From: Prorocentrum cordatum
Lineage: Eukaryota
Reading direction: 5' to 3'
DNA: 64,000 nt
NCBI GenBank assembly: GCA_963575745.1
Contig: CAUYUJ010000225.1
Coordinates: forward strand, 1-64,000
A program made the translations under genes and the position numbers. Of the stretch, positions 28,691 through 40,700 are shown in pieces. The first letter of the stretch is position 1, and the number at the start of each line of letters is the position of its first letter. A model generated the notes under the pieces. The model did not search any database. It was not told the DNA's origin and saw only the letters and a list, made by a program, of their open reading frames with translations.

Positions 28691-30319
28691 GGAAAGCTGG
28701 CAATCAATTCTGGACCGGCTGGTGGGGATATTTTTTTGGGTTCGCGGCTCCAAGGCAAAGGTCAGGGATCGGACGCAACGTCCGGGATGCGGCGCGGAGC
28801 GAATTTGCGAACACAGCTGGTGGGGATATTTTTTTGATTGGCGGCTCACAAGGACAAATCCAGGAAGCGAGACGGTCTCGGCTAAGGCACAGGGCGAGAT
28901 AATTAGCGGCGACGGCGCATAGGCCGACGCAGCGGGTGCACGTGCCAGGGACAAAATGCCCCCCATTAAGACGCAGGCGACCCGGAAGCGGGGACGCAGG
29001 CATCAAACGGTGACAGACGGAGGAGAAGTCGCACAGTGGCGCCAGCTCAGTCCGTACCGACCAGCGCGTAAGGGCGTGGGTCACGCCGCGCTGTGGCGGC
29101 ACGGAAGGGCCAGTGAGGCCGCACCGTCCAACACGACGAGGAGGCGAAGGAACGGGGAAAGGCGGCGGGCACGAGCGGCGGCAGGAGAAGGGGGGAACAG
29201 GAGGAGGCCTCACTCACAAGGACTCATAGGATGCACGTGGGCATGAGCGACCGACCTATTCAAGGAACCGGCGGCCCTGTCTTCTGAGTCCACGGCGTGC
29301 AACTTGCCTGACACTGAAAGTCGGGGGGAAACAGCTGCAAGCACCGGTCGAGTCCCCTGGACCACCCTGCGGGAGGGCCGTGATGAACTGCCAAAGGATA
29401 AACCACTTGTGCAGTAGCTAGGACTCGAAGGCGATGCCCGTCGTGAGAGTCGTCGTCGTCGTCGGCGTACAACGCGGGCAACTTATCCGTCTCAGGGGAC
29501 GGTGGCACAAAATCGCGAGCGTCAACCGAAGTAACAGGGGCGGACCTGCCGGGGGATCCGCGGTGACCTGCCAAAGGACGAACCACTTGCCAAGAATGCG
29601 CTCACCCCAGGTCCGGCCTGAGGTGGTGCCGAAGCGGGGAGGCGTGCAGGTCTGCACCTTGTCGTAGCCCAGCACCTGGACCGCCGCGAGCCACACCATG
29701 TCATCGCGGGCGATCCCCCCCGTCGCGGGGGCTGGACGGATCCCGTTCCTGCGGGGTCAGACTGTCGCTGACCATCGCTTGGCAGCCACTGCCGTCTGTA
29801 TGCTCCTCGGAGTCCTGCCAGTGAGCCCTCAAGATGCCCATTGTTTTCCAAGTCGCTGGTGGGGATACGCGAAGCGTCAAGAATTGAGAGGAAAGTCGGC
29901 GGCCACATGCTGGAGGACGGGATGCTGACCTGGTAGAGGCTGGGAGTCCCGCGAGCGAAGCGGCAACACGATATTGAATGAGAGATGTGGCCGGCGCCTC
30001 GGCGAGAGCACGGGGCCCAGTGAAAACTGTCTTCTGTTTCCGCCGTTTGCCCTCCCCTCCTCCTGCTCCTCCGTGCCCTCATTCCGTCTTCCTGGGGCCC
30101 TTCCTGTTTCTCGCAATCCTCACCGTTCCTTCCTCTTCTTCCTTTTTCTCCTCCGTCCCGCCTCCTGCTCCTTTTCCTTCTCTGCCACGCGGGCCCATTC
30201 GGCGCGCGGGCCAGCCGAGCCAAGGACGACGGCTCAGGTCAATCAGAGTGTAATGAATTTGACGGCTCTAAGACTGAGTGGAGCTCCTGTTGGTGCTTTT
30301 GTATACCATCGGAGGGCCT

Positions 30320-30870
30320 TCTTTGGCTGTCCTGGGGCCCTCGTGGGCTGTCTGGGGGGGCGTGGGCCGTCCTGGGGCCGTGTTGGGGCTCTCTCGGGCC
30401 CTCTCTGAAGCATCCCGTGGCTCTGTTGGGGCCCTCTTGGAAGTCTTTTAGGGGTCTTTTGGGCGCTCCCTGGCTTTCTTGGCGCTTTATTGGCCCATCT
30501 TGGGGCCCCATTGGGCCGCCTGGAGGCCATCTCGGGGCGACCTCGGAAGCTCGCAGACCATTCTTGGGCCGTTCTTGGCCAGAAAAGGCGAGAAGCACAT
30601 AATCGTTCACGAACCAATGGTAAATTAAGCTTTTTGGCCTGCTGAAGCCGTATTGGAAGTCTTTGCGGGGGCATCCTGGGCCGTCTTGAGCCCATGTTTG
30701 GTCCTGTTGGAACACTCTGGGGCCGTCTTGGGGCCTCTTGGGCCTTGCAGAGGACGTCTCGGAAGTGCCTTCTGTTGTCTTGGGCTCCCGATGTAGGCCT
30801 CGTGTCGCTCTCTTCGGGGTATTTTGGGCCGCCTCGAAGCATTGTGGGGCTCTCTTGGGGGCCTGTGGGG
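30320..30870 (-). repeat. CCAAGA-GGC family copy, inverted
   Basis: Repeated ggccgtcttgg / gggcctcttgg / ggccatct units. Confidence 0.8.
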
Positions 30871-30935
30871 TTCATGTGGGGTCCATGTGTGGGGTGGGGG
30901 GGGGTCGGTTTTCCTTGTAATTTGATAGGTAGAAG

Positions 30936-30972
<37 letters not shown>

Positions 30973-31339
30973 CATACATATATATATATACACAATTACA
31001 TATATATATATATATACACTACACACGCACACGCAACCATACATACTTACATACATACATGCATGTGTGCGCGCATGCATACATACGTACATACAGACAT
31101 GCATGCGTACGTACACGCATACCGACAATCAAACATACATGCGCGCATACGTACATGCATACAGCCACACATGCAGACCGAATTGCCTACAGACCCACCA
31201 ACACGCAGACATGAACGCGCGCGGCGCAATCCAACAACGCTGTGCGTCAGCCCGAGGACGACCGACGCGCGACGCCCAAGTCACCAAGCATCGGCCATCC
31301 TCGGGGGGGAGGGCTTGCGCCGGCCAGGGCCTCTAGACT

Positions 31340-33500
31340 CCGCTCGGGAGCGCCGCCGCGACTGCGAGGTCGGTGTAGCGTCGGTGTAGCGGCGCTTCTC
31401 GAACCTGCCGCCAGCGCCCGCCCGGTTCCGCTCAGCGCCCGGTTCCGCTCAGGCCCGGGCCCACCTGCGCCTAATAAGGCGCAGGTGGGCGCCAGCCCAG
31501 GGCGCCCAGCAGCGAGTGGGCAGCCCCCCCGCCCGCTGCCCGGCCAGCGTCGCCAGCCGCCGTCGCGGCGGCCGCGCGTCTCGCGGCGCCCCGCGTCGTC
31601 GGTTCGGTTGGCCGCCGGCGGGTGCAGCGTCAGTGCGCGCCGAGCCAGAGCGGTTGGCTGCCCGCCGCCTGCCGGCGAGTTGGCCGCCGCGCTACCGTCG
31701 CCGCCGGGCGCCGCGCCGTCGCCTCGCCCGCGGGCCCCCCGCCGCCTGGCGCGCCGCCTCGCGCCGCGGCCGCACCAGACCGCAACTCTGGACATTGGTC
31801 CTCAGGCAAGCAGCGCACCTGCCCGAGCAGCCAAAGGCGGGCCTCGGCGCCGAGCCGCCCCCCCGCCTCGAGGACGAAGGGCGTCAGGCGGGCGCCCTGG
31901 TAGCGGGCGTGTTTCTCCTGCTCGCCGCGCCTGCTGGCCTCGCCGCCCCGGCGCGCGGCCGCGCGCAGCTCGGCCCGTGTGCCAGCTGCGGGGTGGCGGA
32001 CAGAGACGTCAAGCCACCTGGCCTCGTCGTCTTCCTGGTGCCCCAGGTCCAGGATGGCGCTCTCGAGCTGGCCGCCCAGGTGCCGGCGGTCCCAAGTCGG
32101 CGCCCTTTGCTCGAAGAGAGGCCGCTCGCCGCGCCAGCGGTGGAGGAGCCCGGCGAACCTCTGGGTGAGTCCGCCGTGGCGCGCCAGCACTCCCCCGCCC
32201 AGCTGGCAAGTCAGGGCGTGGTGGCCGCGCCTGTCCAGAGCCCCAGCGCAGCCAGCTCCGTCGGCGCCGCGCAAGCAGCAGGCGGCCCCTGCCCCCGCCT
32301 GGCTGAGCTCCAAGCGCGGAAACTGCAGCCGCCGCTGGGTGCTGGTCACCCAGTGGGCGTCCTCCAGCATGCAGAAGTCGTCCGCCGGGTCGTAGGTCAG
32401 GTAGGCGCCGCTTCCGCTGCCGGCCGCGCCCCGCAGCTCGGCCTGCCCGGGCAGGTGCAAGCGTCGCAGCAGAGTTGCTCGCTGGTTCTTTTGCACTTTC
32501 GCCGTAGCTATGCCTTGCTTCAGGGGCGTCTGCAACGCAATCGCCAGGTCCCCGCCCGCGGCGATCCCCAGCCCTTGGTCTTGCAGCCCGCGCCGAGCTG
32601 TGGCGAGCTGCTGGGCCGCCCAGGGCAGTCGTCCCAAGCAATCTGCCAACGTCCCGCTGCCTTGGACTTTCGTGATCTCCTCCGCCGCCAGCGCCCAGGA
32701 GGCCTGGACACCCGCGTGGTGGAGCGTGTCAGCCAGCTGCGCGCCCAGGCCTCCGAAGCGGGCCGGGAGGCCCAGCAGCTTCCTGGCTGCGCCGCCGAAG
32801 TCCCGCCCGAGCAGGTCCCGCCAGCAGCCCGCGAGCAGGTCGTCGCACTGCTGTGTCGTGGCGTCCGTGGCGAGCTCCATTCGCAAGGAGTGCTGGCTTG
32901 CCAGGGCGTAGGCGCGGAAGAGGGCTGCCGCCGCGTGCTTTTTTGAACCCTGCCTTGTGCAGCTTCTTCAGCTCTTGGTAGAGTGTCTGTAGCTTCCCCC
33001 CTGCTTCGGCGAGGCTGTTCGCGGGCTCCCCAACAGCGGCTGGCGCGCTGCTGTCGGCATCGCACGGCGGTCGCAGATGCTTGCCGAACACAGGCAAGCT
33101 GGGCACCCAGCACGTCTGCAGCTCTTCCACGAGTACGGCCCGCTCGGCTGGGGACCAAGCTGCTGTTTTCGTGACGTTCAGCTGCAACCCGATTGACTGG
33201 AGCGCCTGTTGCGGGGCTTGCGTTGCGAGAGCAGCCAGCGCGGCCTCCACCACCAGGTAGGAGTCGTCCAGATAGCTGTACAGCATCGCCTGCGGGTCCA
33301 AGCGGAGCAATTCCGTATGGAACCTGTCCAATGCAACCCTCTGCGCCACCGAGAATGCCGCAGGCGACAAGGGGTCCCCTTGGTGGTCGAATCCCCTCCC
33401 GCTTCGAGAGAATGGAAACGACCCCCCGCGTCGCGCCAGAGGTGTCTCGCCGGCTGTCCGTACCAGGCTAGGAGGGCCGCCGCGGCCACCTCGTCTCACT
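31340..33500 (-). mobile_element. 5'-truncated non-LTR retrotransposon with RT and restriction-like endonuclease (CRE/R2-type)
   Basis: QGDPLSPAAF, YSYLDDSYL, GLQLNVTKT, LPARFGGLG, zinc-knuckle-like C..ALDRRGHHALTC...RH, LD...WLDVSVRHP...EKHARY...PFVLEAGGRLG; frameshift near 32940. Confidence 0.9.
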
Positions 33501-33514
33501 CCGCCATGGCCGCC

Positions 33515-34508
33515 ACGACAGACAGACAGACAGACAACCAGACAAAGAGACGTACGCACGTACATATACGTATACAACCACCCTTCGGGTGATAAGGAGG
33601 TTGTGGGGGGGAAGGGGGGGAACCAACATCTGATTTAATCGATCTCACTATCGATCTCACTCAACGGGACACCACGGGACACCACGGGCCACTTGTCGAT
33701 CTCACTATCGATCTCACTCAACGGGACACCACGGGCCACCACGGGACGACGCGGGACACCTCTCGATCTCACTATCGGTCTCACTATCGGTCTCACTATC
33801 GATCTAACTCAACGGGACACCATAGGACACCACGGGACACCACATCGATCTCACTATCGATCTCACTCAACGGGACACCACGGGACACCTGTCTATCTCA
33901 CTATCGATCACACTATCGCTCTCACTCAACGGGACACCACGGGACACCTCGGGGCACCACATCGATCTCAATATCGATCTCAGTATCAATCTCAGCATCG
34001 ATCTCACTCAACGGGACACCACGGGACACCTGTCGACCTCACTATCGATCTCACTTTTTGGGACACCACGGGACACCTCGGGGCACCACATCGATCTCAG
34101 TATCGATCTCACTCAACGGGACTTCACGAGACACCACGGAACACCGCGCGACACCGCTAGGGCCACCGCCGGACGGACGGACGGACGGGGGATAATCATT
34201 TGTCTTGACTTCGCCCAAGCAACGGCGGACACCAAGGGACACCACGGGACACCGCGCGACACCGCTAGGGCCACCGCCGGACGGACGGACGGACGGACGG
34301 ACGGACGGACGGGGGAGCAACATTTGTCTTGACTTCGCCCTAGCAAGGGCGGGTTCATTCCTCTCGCGCGCCCACGCAGCTTCGCTTCGCCCGCACGCGC
34401 GACACGAACGAAACGAAACGATTTCCCGGTTGGGGGTCTCCGTTCCACTGCGATCTCACCCCCCAACCTCCGATTCATACAGTCAGACAGATACGTACAT
34501 CTATTCAT

Positions 34509-34548
<40 letters not shown>

Positions 34549-34600
34549 ACTGACAGATGCTAGAACATCGCGCTCGCTTCGCGCGCTTATGTTCTAGCCA
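33515..34600 (+). repeat. Helentron/HINE-like non-autonomous structure with internal ATCGATCTCACT / GGGACACCAC tandem array
   Basis: (GACA)n followed by hairpins at 33579-33591 and 34559-34598, (GGAC)n tracts, a duplicated unit at 34130-34340 and a minisatellite at 33638-34120. The repeats are directly seen; the HINE label is inference. Confidence 0.55.
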
Positions 34601-34679
34601 AGGCTAAACCAGCGTCATATCAATCAGCGGATCGGTACGCACAGCATCCCACTATCACCATGTGGGAACACCTGCGATA

Positions 34680-35420
34680 GCGTGGGTGTGCATGTCAGAC
34701 AAACATATCCCCGCCTATTTCGGCACATCCTTCACACGGATCGCGTTCGCAAGGAGCTCCACCTACGGCCCCCCAACCATCTTGGCATACCCCTCACAGG
34801 GATCGTGCCCCACAAGGAGCCCCACCTGCAGCCCCATCACATAGCGGCACACCCCTCACGTGGATCGTGCTGCCCCGCAGGTAAGTGCACTTCGAGGGAA
34901 ACTTCGCATAAGGTTGCCCCACTCACGTCGGCACACCTCTCACACGGATCGTGCCAGACAGGGAGATTCACCTACGGCCTCAGAGACAAGGTTCGCATCC
35001 CGCCCCCCCGCCTACTTCGGCATACCACTTACACTGATCGTGCCCCACAGGGAGCTCTACCGACGACCCAAAGTTCGCATGGCGCCCCCTCCAGTCCATT
35101 TCGGCGCACCCTTCACGGGGAACACGCCCCACAGAGAACACCACCCACAAGCCCAAAAACAAGGTTTTGAAAGCCTCCCTCCGCCCATGTCAGCACACCA
35201 TTCACGCGACTCGTGCCCTGGAACAAGCTCCACCTATGGCACCAATGAGCGACTTCTCATGGCGTCCCCCTGCCCACCTTGGCATATGCCTCAAACAGAT
35301 CTCGCCCCACAGGGAGCTCCACCTGCGGCCATCTGCGGCCTCAAGGGGTAGGTTCGCGCCAGGGCACCCAGAATATTCGGCACCACCTTCACGCGGATCG
35401 TGCCCCACACGTAATTCATC
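34680..35420 (+). repeat. Degenerate satellite related to 4830-5760 (cacacccctcacacggatcgtgccccacagggagctccacct)
   Basis: About 8 diverged units. Confidence 0.8.
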
Positions 35421-37100
35421 GCGCCTGTGGACGCTTGCTCCGCAGCAGCCCGTTATCAGCTCAGTCCCACGGCGCGCAGTATGAGAAGAGCGGGCCGCGC
35501 CCTGCGCTACACGTGACTGCACAGGGATGGGCCCGTCGTCGGGCGACATGGTTGCTTATCTATGGCCTTTGGTCCATACCGCCACCGTGCCTGAGTGTAG
35601 GGCCAGAAGCTTTTTGGATACATGTAATTCGGAGTATCTTGGCATGCTTCTCGGGCGCCTTTTGGAGCGAGTTTTGAAGCTTCTCGGGGCCTCTTGGGTG
35701 ACGCAAGGGGGCCGCGTGGGGCCTTTGTTTGAACCTCTTGGAGCCTTCTCGAAGGCATGCTGGGGCCCACTTGTGGCGGAGGGCTCAAACTGTCAGCTCG
35801 AGCTTTGTTGTTGGATCACTCTTGGGCCGTTTTGGGCGCCTCTGCTCCTCTTTGAATGCGCGACGTAGATCTGCACAGCCTGAAGTGCACCACCTAGATT
35901 GTCCCACGTTAGTTGCACACCATGCATTGCATCACCTACAATACAGCACATCGGTTGGACAACGTAAATTGCACAGCACATGTTGCATCACAGGTGCTGC
36001 GCTACATGTATTCTCCATTCTAAACAAATCTCTACCCCCCGAATTATCGATACCCCTCTTCTTATTTACATTTACGTATGATTCTGCCCCATCGTCCATC
36101 GTAACACTAATTCATGCCATCCCCGCAAAACCAGTACCACCCCTCCGCCATTATCTGCAACGGGTGCTATGCGCGCACTCGCTTATCAACAATCATACAT
36201 GTTCAAGAACCTGTTGTACAAATAAAACGACGTGCGCACGCGCGCGTCGTCGCGTGCGCATGCCAAAAACCTTCAGTGTTGCACGGGTTTTAAAATCGAG
36301 TGTCCGGAAATCATATAGCACACAGATGGCTCCGCAACATGGCTTAACCACAGCAACAACAAACAATCCACACGTGCGCGCGGGTCCTTGCGAATTTTCA
36401 GCACACGTTCAAAACATGTTCAACCAATGCTACCAAACGGGCTTCGCGCGCGCATGTTGGAATCATTCGAACGCCCCTGCGCGCGTGCCGTCGCGAGAAC
36501 CCTTGGCAAAGCACGGGGCGAAGTGCACGCGCGCGCGTCTTCGCGCACGCATGCCGGAACCCTTCAAACACCTACCTACGGTTTCGTAGCGATGCCAAAA
36601 CCGAATGTCCAGAACGCATGCAAAACAACATATGGTTTCGCAGCATCACTTTTCAAAAAAGCGTGGGCTCGCGCTCTTGCGCGGTTATGTAAAACACCAG
36701 CAGTTTCTTCACGATGTTCATGGAATTCTCCCAAACGGGCCTCTGGCGCCGCATGCCGACATCATTCGCACGCCTTTTGCGCGCGTGCTGTGGGGGCACG
36801 ATCCGAGTCAAACCATGCGGGCCAAATTCGCGCGTCGGCCGCGCGCGCATGTCGAACTCTTTCCATTACCCTCATCACCGACGCGAGGGCGCCGTCATCG
36901 TCGTCGGCGTGATCAGCATCGGCACCCGCACTGGCCGCGCCTTCGTTCATCGTCACCAACATCGCTACTATCATCATCGTGTCTACCATTGTCGACGTTG
37001 TCTTGATACCGCGCCCGCCCAAGTCGCCGACTCGCAGTGAAGTGCCCGCTGGGGTGTGCCCAGCGGTCAGCGCCACCGCGGCCGCGCCGGTGGAGCCAAA

Positions 37101-37738
37101 CTAGCTGGCCGCCGCGCGCGCGTGCCAGGGTTGGCGCGGCCGCAGAGATGCACCAGCCAACGCCGAGCATGCATCGCAATCGCCGCCACATGGGTTTTGC
37201 GAATCAAGTTGCGGGTGGGTGGGTGAGATGTTTGCAACAGCATGGGATGTGCCAACTCGTTTGCTAAGATCACTCGTTTCACATAAATTCCATCGCGCAG
37301 ACCGCGTCACCGAAATTGCACCGCATAGACTGCACACCACGCACTGCACAACATAATCTGCACCACGTAACTTGCACCACGCACAAATATATACACGCAC
37401 ACAACAGATTTGAAGGCCCGCTTCGCTTAGCCTCAATCTTGGGCCCGCGCCCACGCGCGCCCGAACATTCGGTGTGTGAATGATTGCTGCAAGCGCATGA
37501 TGACCATGAGAGGGGTCGCGGGCATGATTCCAGGACGGGTCGCAGACTTTCCTTTGTTTGTGAGAGGGCGACTCACTGCGGCGAGGCCATTGTCGCCGAT
37601 GAGAGGTGAGAGGAAACGGTGACCACGAGGGGGGTCGCGGTCATGGCGGTGAAGGAGCAACTCCATGAGCGTGAAAGGGGTGAGAAAATGAAAGAATGAG
37701 GCCAAGCTTGGAAGACGACGGCGATCGCGGGGAGGAGG

Positions 37739-37775
<37 letters not shown>

Positions 37776-40700
37776 GGAGGGCGATGTCGACGCGGCCAGG
37801 TGGATGCGACGATCGTCGGCGAGGCGCAGGCGTCGGCGCGACGAGGGGTCGACGCCAGTGACCGCGAGGGGGGTGAAGGTCATTGCCAGGAAAAGGGGTG
37901 GCGACCGACCGTTCGAGAAGGGAGCAGCACGCAATGACAAGCATGTGTTCTGCGATCATCATCGGCAGGTCGCTTCCACGGCGTGAGGCCAGGGTGTTTC
38001 GGGCGAGGCGGGTCCGATCGCAAAAGCTTTTCAGGCCAGACGACGCTGCGCACTAAAGCGTTGACGTCCGGGCCCAGATTATCGCAGTCGGGGGGAACGC
38101 GCATGTCGGCGCGGTTCTTGACTCTACTGACGCCCACATACAGATGTGAGCAAGAGGGCTTCGGCGCACGTCCAAGCACGCGCGCGCGAGCGCGCGGCTT
38201 TGCCCTCCATTGAAGGTGGACGTGCACGCTGCCCGTAAAGGATATCGTCGACGGGCCATGGTGGTCGTGCCGTTGGCAATCTGCCAGCGGAAAACGACGC
38301 GTGGTAATGGGTACTCTTGGCCGTCCACGGTTTCTACAAGGATGCGATGTCGGTGGGCTGCCTTCACTATGGCCGGCACATGGTTCATCAGCCGCTCGAC
38401 GGGGTTGAAACTCCTCATGAGCTCGAGAAGCCACCGACCACAATGTGCAAGTCATGGGGCGGTGCGCCTGGGGCGTTCTTGAGCGTGAGGAACTATGCAG
38501 TCAAGTGCGGCTCGATGAGGCCCGTCGAGTCGATGTCCAGCGTGTCGGCGCTCAGCAGATGGTAGGAAGGGCAAAGGCAAGTGCGCCCCAAGACGTTCAG
38601 AATGCGCTCGTTGCGTTCGTCCACCAGCGTGTTCACGGCGACCGGGATCTTGTAATTGGCGCAGTCGCGCGGGTCGCTGGCGCGAGGAAACGCGCGTCGG
38701 CTGCTTCGTCTGCCACGGTGGCGATGTCTCGCGGGGGCGTGAATCCCAAGTCACCGGCGTCGTTGGCCTGCAGATCGCCCAACGCGGACTCCGAGCGCGG
38801 GGCGGGTGGCACTGGCAAGTGACGGTCGCCACCTGGGCCGGAGAGCTTCCAAGAGGATTCGAGGCTGCCGTTCTCCAACCAAGTGGCCCTGAGCAGGCGG
38901 GCGAGCTGCTCCCGAGCACGTTGCGGAGAAAGTCCCCGGTCCAAGAAATAGTTCATCAACGGTCGGTCATACTTGGCGAAAAGCTCCACCGGCGCTGCTT
39001 CCTGCTCGAGGAGCACGAGGAAAGCGAAGCGCAACTGGCTGGCAGCGCACCTCAACTGAATGAGCTCGTCAAGGACCTCGTGGCCGTCCGCGTTGGCGGC
39101 GAACAGGCGTGCAGGGCTTCCTCGAATGTGGCATGTGCGTGTGCGTTGTGCGCGCGACAGTCGCGGAAGTCGTGCTTGGGGAAATTCAGCAGCATGTGCC
39201 AGAGATAGAACACTTCCTTCTGCCGGGGGAACCTCCCAGCCCGCATATCGGCGCTTCTCCGCGTTGACGTGGGCGCACGAAATAGCGTTGACCAAGGGGC
39301 GCCTCGCCCATCCACGCCACGTCGGGCGCCAGGGCGGCCTCGGGGAAGAGATCTGGGAAGTTGCCGCGCAAGCGAACGGGGCGAGCGGGGGCAACCATGC
39401 GCTGCCCGCAGCACTCGTTGCACTTAAGCTCGCAGGACTGGCTCGCAGAGGGGCGGTGGAAATACCGCTGTAATGGGGAAGTGCGTCCCTGGAGTGCCTC
39501 GGCCTCCTTGCCCTCTTCGAACAGAACCCAGTCTTGGCCATCCACGTGGACTGGGAGGCAAACGGCGCGCGGCCACCTGTCGTACGCGTTGTAGCCGAAC
39601 GCGCGCAAAGCGGCTTCCGTGGGTGGCGCGGAGGTAGCGCCCTGTGAGTTCGTCCTGGATGTCGGGGTCCATTGTCATGCCGTAGCTGGTCTTCGCGGGG
39701 CCTTTGAAGAGGTACTTGTAAATGTATTCGAAACGCTCCACGCTGCCGGCGAACTTGACGTTCGCGCGGCCCTCCCATAATCACAGGATGTCGGCGTTGA
39801 ACTCGACAATGAGGCCGTTCACGCAGATAGGTCGCCTGCCGCAGGGCGGCGCCCGCCCCTGACAGTTCGCGCGGTGACCTCCGCGCGGGCGCCTTCGATG
39901 TTGAGGGCAGCCGCGGACGTCAAATTCGGCTTCCGCTTGGAATGGCCACGGGCAGCCCTCGACGCAGTCCTGGAGCGGATCCTAGGGGCGGCACGAATGA
40001 TTGCAATAATAATGGGTCATGCGCTGCAGCGCGAGGTCGCGCAACGCGCCCGCGTCCGCGGGCAGCTCGCAGGAAAGGAACTTGTCCACCTCCGCGGGCG
40101 TGACGGGCGGGCTCGTCACTGCGCGGGCGATGCGCGCGCGTGGGAGGTCGCGCAACTGGCAGTCGATGACTTCCGCCAGATTCTGGCGGCCCCCAGCAAA
40201 ATCGCGTTTCGAATCCGAAATGCGCCGTCGGCGCAGATTGGGGGCGCCCCGAATTCCTTCGGCCGCGCGCGTGACCATCAGGGGGTGCAGGTCATGGCGC
40301 GCGGGGAAGGCCGATGCACGCCGGACGAGAATCCCAAATGAGTGGGGGGGCTGCAGATGGCCTTCAAGATGTTCTGAAGGCGCGGCATCAAACGTGATTT
40401 CAGGAGGCGCCGATGAAAACTCTCGAATCGACGCCGGGGCGTTTTCATCCGCGATGGCCAGGGGCTCCCCAGAAGCATGGAGAAGCGAGCATGGCGACGA
40501 GGGGGGAGAAAGTCAAGTGTCGTCGGGAAGGCCCACGTGGCCTGGTCGGTCTGTCTTGAAGGGCTTTCGCTTGGCAGCCAGAAGTTCGTCGAGGTTCCCC
40601 CGAGACGCGCGCGTGGCCGCGAGGGGGGTTGATTGAGGTCATGGTTCGTCGGGGACGCCCGCGCGGCGGCTCGGCGGGGCGGCCGAAGGCCGATGAATAA

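Noticed and set aside
37090..37100. TTTGGCTC (minus strand) resembling the end of the dinoflagellate spliced leader
   Set aside because: Only 8 nt match; no full CCGTAGCCATTTTGGCTCAAG was seen in the window.
38795..38822. Walker A-like GAGGTGK on the + strand
   Set aside because: It is on the opposite strand to the Helitron helicase and is immediately followed by a stop, so it is judged coincidental.
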